NCBI GenBank assembly: GCA_964519835.1
Contig: CAZFLD010000016.1
Coordinates: 825-64,824, forward strand
Reading direction: 5' to 3'
Source of the DNA: an uncultured Spirochaetales bacterium
GTDB taxonomy: Bacteria; Spirochaetota; Spirochaetia; DSM-27196; CAZFLD01
DNA: 64,000 nucleotides
Both the position numbers and the translations under genes were made by a program. Positions 57,273 through 64,000 of this stretch are shown piece after piece (positions within the stretch are counted from its first letter, which is position 1; every line of letters starts with the position of its first letter). The notes under the pieces were generated by a model. The model was not told the DNA's origin. It worked only from the letters and a program-made list of their open reading frames with translations, and searched no databases.

Positions 57273-60200
57273 GTGCGTGTGCTGAAGGTTATTGGATCGC
57301 TCAAGATCACGGTAGTGTTGCTGCTCGTGCTGTTTGTGTTGGTTCTTGCCGGGACACTGTACCAGGTAGAACATGGGATCTTCCGCGCTCAGCGCGATTT
57401 CTTTGACGCGTTCTTCGTGACGGTTCTGCCGATACCCCTTCCCGGCGCGCAAACGGTGTTTTGGGTGATCGGAGTGAACCTTGTGGCATCTCTCGTCGTG
57501 AACATCGCCCGCCGGCGGATGTCCGTCGGGTTGGTCATCTCGCACCTTGGTCTGGTCATGATGCTTGTTGCAGGATTTAACGGCATCTACGGGACCGAGT
57601 CCTCCGCGTTGGCTCTCTGGGAAGGTGAGGCAGCATCGGAGGTGTCGGTGCCGGGCGAATGGGAGTTCCGATATCGCCTCGAGGAGGATGGTCGGATACT
57701 CACCGAGGGGCGCATCCCGGGCGACAGTATTGTCGAAGGGCGCCGCGTCGCGGGAGATGCACTTGGTCCACACGGCATCGGGCTAAAGGTGGTCCAATCG
57801 GCGGTGAATACACGACCGATTGTTGATGCCTCGGGGCAGCGGAACTTGGAGGTCCTATCGCCGGAAATCGAGCCCCAAGAAAACAACCCGGGGCTTTTGT
57901 TGGACCTGACCGACGGCGACGGGTCAAGAATTCCCGTGCTGCTCTACTCTCTCGACCTGGGTCCGACCGTCTTGGCCTCGGGTCCGCGCGTTATCGAGCT
58001 CCAGTTTGGAGCGGTCTCCCGGAAGATACCGTTCTCCGTGGAGCTGGTTGATTTTCGCGTGTCGTTTTATCCGGGAACGGATCTGGCACAGTCATTTGAA
58101 AGCACGGTGCGAGTGTCGGACGGCGACTTGGTTTGGGATCGGGTCATTTCCATGAACAACCCTCTTCGATACCGTGGCTACACCTTCTACCAGTCGTCGT
58201 ATCAGATTAATGATGATGGAAGAGAAGCGTCGGTGTTCGCGGTTAGAAAGGGCGGCATCGCGGAAATCCCCTACCTGGCCACGGCGGCCATTCTTGCCGG
58301 GATGGTCATGCACTATATCGGCAGGCACATACGGCGACCGTCCGGCAGGTCTCGGGCCCGCCAGTTACGGAAACCTTCGACCGCCGCTTCCCGTTCCACG
58401 GTCGTTGGAGTGGCGTTGATTGCGGTGAGCGTTTTGGCTACCGCCGCGCCTGCGATAGGCGCCCAAGAGCCAAACCGGACGCAAAACGTACCGGCTCCCG
58501 ACCCCTCTGCGGCGGCCCGGGCGGTGCTGGACCACTTGCGTCCGGTGGTGAACGATTTTCGGGTCCTGCGTGTGCAGGCAAATGGACGAACGATGCCGGT
58601 GGAGACGTATGCCCGGCATGCACTTCGCTCGATATCGGGGCGAGTTTCGATCAGTGGTTTGGATGCGGTAGAGTGGCTGTTCCTCTCCCTGACCCGTCCT
58701 GCACTTGCCGATCAGCTGCCTACCGTCCTCGTCGAGCACCCGGATGTTTTCAGCGCGGTCGGAGATTCGCTAGATGATCGAGGCCGCTACGCTCCGTCGC
58801 GCTTGTTGCGGTACTTCGCGGCCTTTGGGTCTGCTGCGGAGGCCGCGGAGTCGGCAGGTGCCGACGGACCTCTGTTTGCGGATTTGCGGCGAGTCCTGCG
58901 GTCGCTTGAGTACCTCAACGACCTTCGTTACGGTGCGGCCGGGTTTAGCATAGTGCCGCCCGCCGCGCCACGTGACCGCAGGATCTGGGTGGGGCCACAG
59001 CATTCTTCCGCTCCGGAAGAGTACGCTGAAGGGCTTCGGGAGCTGCGGGAGGCGGTGATTGTCGCCGACCGGTCGCGAGCATCGGATGCTCTTGGCGTTA
59101 TTGTTTCCCTGCAGAGCCTTGCCGTCGATGAATCGGCCGACGCCGGTAGGCCGGTTCTCGAGGCCTGGTATAAACGCAGCGGCCTGCCACTTTGGATTGG
59201 AGCTACGCTTGCCGCGGCTTTTTTGGTGTCCGTGATGCTCAGAGGCCGACCCAGGCGCTACGGGCTTGTCGTGGCCGTAGCCGTGCCGACAGCGGCGTAC
59301 TCACTGCTCATCGCTGTGCGTGTGGTCTTGACCGGTCGTCCACCGGTGGTCGACCTGTACAGTAGTGCCCTCTTTGTAGGCTGGGCGTCGGCGTTGACCG
59401 CCTTTGTGTTGGTGGCGCGGGGTGTCCGGCGGGACCTCTCGCAGGTTGCCATTGTTGTTTCCGGAATCCTGCTCTTTGTGGCCGAGGCTACAGTTGGGAA
59501 TCAGGACACACTTGGTGTTGTCCAGGCGGTGTTGGATACAAACTTCTGGCTTGCAGTCCATGTCATCGTTATCACATTGGGGTATGCCGCCAACATCCTC
59601 GCGGGCGTCGGCGCCCACGCGTACGTTGTCTTGCGGTTGATACGACCGTTCCACACGGACCGGCACGCTCGCCTGTTTCGGGGCCTCTATGCTCTCCTGG
59701 CCGCCGGGCTTGTTCTGTCTTTCGCCGGGACCATGCTCGGAGGCTTCTGGGCCGATCAGGCATGGGGCAGGTTCTGGGGATGGGATCCCAAAGAGAATGG
59801 GGCGCTCCTGATCATTCTCTTCGATGCGATCCTGCTCCACGCCCGACCGGCGAACCTTCTTAAAGGTTACGGTTTTGCGCTTGTGGCGGTCCTGAGCATT
59901 CCGGTGGTGCTGTTTTCATGGCTCGGTGTGAATCTTCTCGGCGTTGGTCTCCACTCCTACGGATTTCAAGACGGCTCCTTTGTCGGCCTTTTTACCGTGC
60001 TCATCTTTGAGGGGCTATTCGTGAGCCTTGGTGCGCTTCTCATACGAGCGGTACCGGAAGGCGTGCTGCCGGGTGTACGACCTATGAAGCTCGTCGATCG
60101 ACTTGACGAAGGCCACGGGGCATTTTCGCTGTGGCTTCAGGCGCGGGACAAAGCCGACCCGTTGGTGCAAGCACGGCCGGGTTCGTATCTCACGCTTTTT

Positions 60201-61091
60201 GTGCCGGACAACGGTAGGCGGGTCGGTAGGGTCTATTCCGTGTCCGGATTCAGGCGCGAGGACGCCTCGATTCGGCTGACGGTTCGATGGGTTGAGGGCG
60301 GGGCGGGGTCCCGTTTTTTGATCCGGGATGCCCGGCTGGGCTCCTCCGTCGACGTCCTTGGACCATCCGGCTCGTTTGCATTGGCGGACCGGTCGGAAAA
60401 AGGTGTGCGGGTGTTCGCCGGTGCCGGTGTAGGAATCGGTGTACTAATCGCGATGATCAAAGAGCAGCTTGCCCGTGGACCACGCGGAACCTTGCTCCTC
60501 ATAGCGGTAGCGCCAAGCCGTACCGAAGTTGTTTATCATGAGGAAATCGAGGCCGATCTCCGCGGGAGTGTGGCAGTCCACTACCATGAGACAGCTGTCG
60601 ACGGCAGGAAAATTGATTTGAATTCTGTTGTTGATGCCTCGGAGGTTGCCGCAACCTACGTCTGTGGACCGCCGGGCTTCGTCGAGGACTTTGTCGCCAC
60701 TGTCGAACGGTCCGGGATCGGATCCGACCGCGTTTATGCTGAGGCATTCCATCCGAGTCCGCATGCCCTTGTTGAGACCGACGGCAAGCAAAGACTCTCC
60801 ATTCTCGGTACCGGCGACCACGTCGAGGTCCGGCCCGGCCAGTCAATTCTCGACGCCGGTTTGCGTGGTGGACTGGATTTGCCGTATGGCTGTGGTGTGG
60901 GCTACTGCCGGGACTGTCGTATGAAGATCGTGTCCGGCTCCGTTGCTCATGGCGAGCCCAACGCCCTAACGGACCACGAGCGAGCATCACACGACAGTGT
61001 GCTGACTTGTGTTGCGGTCCCACTTGGACCGGTCACGCTGAAGCCGTTGCCGGAACTCAACGAGGCTCGGTCCGTGTCCGGGGAGGCTTAG
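57273..61091 (+). CDS. Fused cytochrome c synthase ResB(CcsB)-CcsA with a C-terminal FAD/NAD(P)H/[2Fe-2S] oxidoreductase
   Basis: GTLYQ, SHLG, MNNPLRYRGYTFYQSS, WLAVHV, WADQAWGRFWGWDPKE, LLHAR and GLHSYG. Then RVYS, GAGS, GPSGSF, YVCGP, EAF and CGVGYCRDC…C. One uninterrupted ORF. Confidence 0.92.
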   Translation: MRVLKVIGSLKITVVLLLVLFVLVLAGTLYQVEHGIFRAQRDFFDAFFVTVLPIPLPGAQTVFWVIGVNLVASLVVNIARRRMSVGLVISHLGLVMMLVAGFNGIYGTESSALALWEGEAASEVSVPGEWEFRYRLEEDGRILTEGRIPGDSIVEGRRVAGDALGPHGIGLKVVQSAVNTRPIVDASGQRNLEVLSPEIEPQENNPGLLLDLTDGDGSRIPVLLYSLDLGPTVLASGPRVIELQFGAVSRKIPFSVELVDFRVSFYPGTDLAQSFESTVRVSDGDLVWDRVISMNNPLRYRGYTFYQSSYQINDDGREASVFAVRKGGIAEIPYLATAAILAGMVMHYIGRHIRRPSGRSRARQLRKPSTAASRSTVVGVALIAVSVLATAAPAIGAQEPNRTQNVPAPDPSAAARAVLDHLRPVVNDFRVLRVQANGRTMPVETYARHALRSISGRVSISGLDAVEWLFLSLTRPALADQLPTVLVEHPDVFSAVGDSLDDRGRYAPSRLLRYFAAFGSAAEAAESAGADGPLFADLRRVLRSLEYLNDLRYGAAGFSIVPPAAPRDRRIWVGPQHSSAPEEYAEGLRELREAVIVADRSRASDALGVIVSLQSLAVDESADAGRPVLEAWYKRSGLPLWIGATLAAAFLVSVMLRGRPRRYGLVVAVAVPTAAYSLLIAVRVVLTGRPPVVDLYSSALFVGWASALTAFVLVARGVRRDLSQVAIVVSGILLFVAEATVGNQDTLGVVQAVLDTNFWLAVHVIVITLGYAANILAGVGAHAYVVLRLIRPFHTDRHARLFRGLYALLAAGLVLSFAGTMLGGFWADQAWGRFWGWDPKENGALLIILFDAILLHARPANLLKGYGFALVAVLSIPVVLFSWLGVNLLGVGLHSYGFQDGSFVGLFTVLIFEGLFVSLGALLIRAVPEGVLPGVRPMKLVDRLDEGHGAFSLWLQARDKADPLVQARPGSYLTLFVPDNGRRVGRVYSVSGFRREDASIRLTVRWVEGGAGSRFLIRDARLGSSVDVLGPSGSFALADRSEKGVRVFAGAGVGIGVLIAMIKEQLARGPRGTLLLIAVAPSRTEVVYHEEIEADLRGSVAVHYHETAVDGRKIDLNSVVDASEVAATYVCGPPGFVEDFVATVERSGIGSDRVYAEAFHPSPHALVETDGKQRLSILGTGDHVEVRPGQSILDAGLRGGLDLPYGCGVGYCRDCRMKIVSGSVAHGEPNALTDHERASHDSVLTCVAVPLGPVTLKPLPELNEARSVSGEA

Positions 61092-61606
61092 GCCCGGGCC
61101 TTCCGTTTTTTCACCAGGCGCTTGTTTGGGAGCAAGATCAGCATCGCCCCGGTACCGGCTATGGCCGCGATCAGATACTGGCTCAGGATAAGCGTCGGCG
61201 ATATTAAGGGGAGCAGCCCCGCGACGATTTGCACCACACCGCCAATGACAAAGAGGACCGGCGTCCACCATAGAGCATTGATCAGGAAAGCAACGCCCAT
61301 CAGCAGAAGCCAGAATGCTCCCAGGTACGGCGCGAGCGGGCGGATTGGCGGGATGTAAAAGCACAGGAACGAGACGGCCAGGCCGACCACGACCGTGACA
61401 AGCCACAGAACCAAAATCTTTCGAAGTTTTGGTTGTTTCCACGGCATGTAGCGGATCATGGGCACAAACGCGACCACCGAAAGCGCCAACCAGATCCAGT
61501 TCGCCGTGAAGTTCTTGAAAATAAAGTGAGTGGTGAGCCACCCAATTAGCTCGGCTACCGCCCAAACTAAAAACACAATACGCGGTTTGTTCCAGAATTT
61601 TGCCAT
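61088..61606 (-). CDS. Hypothetical integral membrane protein
   Basis: About 6 hydrophobic helices; SD AAGGGGGAG. Confidence 0.8.
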   Translation of the reverse strand: MAKFWNKPRIVFLVWAVAELIGWLTTHFIFKNFTANWIWLALSVVAFVPMIRYMPWKQPKLRKILVLWLVTVVVGLAVSFLCFYIPPIRPLAPYLGAFWLLLMGVAFLINALWWTPVLFVIGGVVQIVAGLLPLISPTLILSQYLIAAIAGTGAMLILLPNKRLVKKRKARA

Positions 61607-61671
61607 ATCTCCCCCTTCGCTCTTAGGAGGTTACCGCAGCGACGACCGCAACGGCAACAAAAACTACCGAT

Positions 61672-62049
61672 TCAGTCGGATTTGATCGAAAAACGGTCGG
61701 GATCGAACCGCTCCCCACCCAACCACAGGTCGATTCGGGTTCCCTTGTCGTGTTTGCCGACGGTGGCCTCTTTGACTTGCCAGCCCACGAGGTCGAGGCG
61801 AGCCGAGCCAAGGAAGTCAAATCCCGCCATGGACCCGTAGTATCCCGCAAGCTCCGGCCTTCCGGGGTCTTTGAGGGCCCCTCGGATCGATTCGAGCTCC
61901 GCGTCGCTCCGCGGTGTGTCGTCGAAGACGGCCAGATGGAGGCCGTCCTCCTCCTGGTGCAAAGAAATGACCATCCGCGTTGGGTCCGCGTCGAGTACAT
62001 AGTGAGCCACCTCGCTAATAAGGTGGAGCAGAAAATCGGTTCGTTTCAT
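61672..62049 (-). CDS. Hypothetical protein coupled to the DUF1576 gene
   Basis: ATGA overlap; conserved-looking RPELAGYYGSMAG. Confidence 0.8.
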   Translation of the reverse strand: MKRTDFLLHLISEVAHYVLDADPTRMVISLHQEEDGLHLAVFDDTPRSDAELESIRGALKDPGRPELAGYYGSMAGFDFLGSARLDLVGWQVKEATVGKHDKGTRIDLWLGGERFDPDRFSIKSD

Positions 62050-63338
62050 AAATCTGTGCCCTTTTGGTCGGTTTCAGTCGTTGCTTTGAAGCCGTAGCTG
62101 TTTCGAGTGGAGCGAAACCACTCGATAACCGCGACCAATACGGCTGCGGTGATGCCGCCGGCAAACCCATTGTTGTACAAGTTTACGCCCAGGTGAAAGG
62201 CACCCGTGCGCTCAACAAGTGTCAAGTGAACAAAACCGGCAATCACGCCCACAAGGGGACCGAATTCGCCGGCAAGGGGAGCGAGGGTGAGGGAGAACAA
62301 CGCGGCAAGAATTGGTCCCGGCGCCGTGAGTGACTTGCCGTACAAAAGAGTCGCGATGACCACTCCCGCCACGATGCTCCATGAGTTCCTTGGATGCTTC
62401 CCAAAGGCGGCAAAACCGATTGCCGTGAATATACCTCCCAGTACCGGCCCGTTTAGGTCGCCACCTACCACCATAACGTAGCCCCAGGTAAGGAGTCCGA
62501 CGGTGCCCATATTGAGGAGGGCGGCTCCGGTTGATGTAAGGCTCAGGAAGTCCGAGGGCAGCCGCCCGCTTAACTTTTGGATTTCGACAAAACTTCGCCA
62601 GACCCCTTTGGGGTCCCAAAGGATGCCCGCGACCACGAGCACGGCCGAGATTGCCGGGGCGAGGAAAACGAGGGGAGCCGAGGGGGTGGTGTTCCATACA
62701 AGCACCGCTCCCGGTGCCCTACCGGCGGCTACCAGAAATGCAGCGGCAACTACACCGATAAAGCCGCACGTTAGGCCGATGTTATACAAGTTAAAGCCCT
62801 GATGCAGGCGGAGCATTACAATCGCGAGCGCCGGCAGAAGCATTCCCGCAACCAATCCGGACAGCGCTCCGGCCGGCAGAGCGTAGTAGAGCGGTAGGCC
62901 CGCCTCCACTGCGACCGCCGATGCGAGTGGTGCAAGGGCAGTGCCGAAGAGCGCCATCAAGATGTACTCGTTGAAGTTCTTGCCCGCTATGCGGGAGGCA
63001 ATAACCACACCGCCAATAACCGGCAGGATGTTTGTCGGTGTCTTTCCAAAAAGACCAAATCCAAACATCGTGAGGACGGCGGCAATCGTGGGGCCGGAAA
63101 ATCGAACTTTGGTAACGGCAACGATCCCAAGTCCTACAAGGGCGACAAGGGCCGCGTTTATCAGGGCCGACCCCCCGCTCTCCGCTTTGGTAAAGTCCTG
63201 CAGGAGACGTGCCGGGAGCGCCTGAATTCGCACCAGTCCTGCTGCCGCCGCCCCGGGTCCCTCCATCAGGATGCCGAGTACAATCACGCCAAAAAGAATC
63301 GCCGCAAAGAGAATGTATAGTCGCCCGTCCTTGCTCAC
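62046..63338 (-). CDS. DUF1576 family membrane protein
   Basis: GFGLFGK, LFGTALAP, HQGFNLYNIG, GFAAFGKH and NLYNNGFAGG internal duplication. Confidence 0.9.
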   Translation of the reverse strand: MSKDGRLYILFAAILFGVIVLGILMEGPGAAAAGLVRIQALPARLLQDFTKAESGGSALINAALVALVGLGIVAVTKVRFSGPTIAAVLTMFGFGLFGKTPTNILPVIGGVVIASRIAGKNFNEYILMALFGTALAPLASAVAVEAGLPLYYALPAGALSGLVAGMLLPALAIVMLRLHQGFNLYNIGLTCGFIGVVAAAFLVAAGRAPGAVLVWNTTPSAPLVFLAPAISAVLVVAGILWDPKGVWRSFVEIQKLSGRLPSDFLSLTSTGAALLNMGTVGLLTWGYVMVVGGDLNGPVLGGIFTAIGFAAFGKHPRNSWSIVAGVVIATLLYGKSLTAPGPILAALFSLTLAPLAGEFGPLVGVIAGFVHLTLVERTGAFHLGVNLYNNGFAGGITAAVLVAVIEWFRSTRNSYGFKATTETDQKGTDL

Positions 63339-63394
63339 GAACGCTCCAAGGTATCAAGATAGGCTTCTATCATACCCGATCTAACGCGATCCGT

Positions 63395-63420
63395 CGATTT
63401 CTGGCGATTTCTGGCGATTT
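63395..63420. repeat. Tandem repeat CGATTTCTGG x2.6
   Basis: Units at 63395, 63405 and a partial one at 63415; upstream of the DUF1576 gene. Confidence 0.8.
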
Positions 63421-63487
63421 TTCGGGACAGAGATAAGCGCCGGGCCTCAAAGCGCCGGCCGCAACGAGGCGCAATTGGGGCCGGCGC

Positions 63488-64000
63488 CTAGAGCAAGAGA
63501 TCCATGACATAGGGCATTGTCAGACCGATCGTGAGTCCAATGACGGCCCCAAAGAGGACATCTTCCACGTAATGCTCGCCGGAGGCGATGCGCAAGATCA
63601 ACGTCGCCACGGCGAAAGTGCTCGACGCAGCGAACCAAGGTAGGCTTTTAGGGTTCCGCAACGACACAGCCAAGGAGTAGCCGGCGGCCGACCATGCCAA
63701 AATCGCGTGACCGGAAGGAAAGGACTGCAGCGCATCGGCCGACCACGCCTCGTCGCGCCGCCCGACAAAGGGGCGCGGCCGGTCGAGCAATGCTCCAAGG
63801 CCCGCGGCGCCGATCGCCGCGATTGCGCCTGCCGAGCCGACGACGCTTAAGGCGGCGTCCAGCTCCGCGAAGTCTCCCGGCGGGATTTGCACGGCGTCGG
63901 CGGCGGGGCCCTCCGGGAGCAACAGGGAGAATCCGATCATTCCAATGGTCAGTGACGCCGGCGCCAGAAGACCGGCCACCTCCTGGTCCCGGTCTTCCTG
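63488..64000 (-). CDS. PAP2 family phosphatase, probably 5'-truncated by the window edge
   Basis: RPRP, SFPSGH and RIASGEHYVEDV. Confidence 0.85.
   Translation of the reverse strand, partial: QEDRDQEVAGLLAPASLTIGMIGFSLLLPEGPAADAVQIPPGDFAELDAALSVVGSAGAIAAIGAAGLGALLDRPRPFVGRRDEAWSADALQSFPSGHAILAWSAAGYSLAVSLRNPKSLPWFAASSTFAVATLILRIASGEHYVEDVLFGAVIGLTIGLTMPYVMDLLL

Overview
GC-rich bacterial chromosome segment (roughly 60% GC by eye). It is probably from a Spirochaetota genome, inferred from FapA, the DUF1566/FGE/PEGA surface proteins, the MBL-cNMP protein and the HisKA_2 kinases. Intact genes cover alpha-glucan/trehalose metabolism (glgE, treS-mak, GH65, an aglEFG-like ABC importer), two Cys-type sulfatases, nucleoside salvage (add, psuK/psuG) and mdh. 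There are also many sensor kinases, a secreted caspase-PEGA protein paired with a CLec lipoprotein, and a cytochrome P460 lipoprotein. Two things stand out. (1) A 1272-aa ResB-CcsA cytochrome c synthase is fused to a cytoplasmic FAD/NAD(P)H/[2Fe-2S] reductase. (2) A small protein with a prenyl-diphosphate-binding-like Asp motif and a Trp-rich tail (…QDWWMW) is translationally coupled to a multi-TM HisKA_2 receptor, resembling a fused ComQ-ComX/ComP peptide-signalling module. The window also shows about 15 gene remnants, many with collinear internal deletions, a nested RIT/ExeA mobile-element scar, and frequent leaderless-type starts. No rRNA, tRNA, CRISPR array or reverse transcriptase was seen. 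All family calls come from motif recognition, not database searches.
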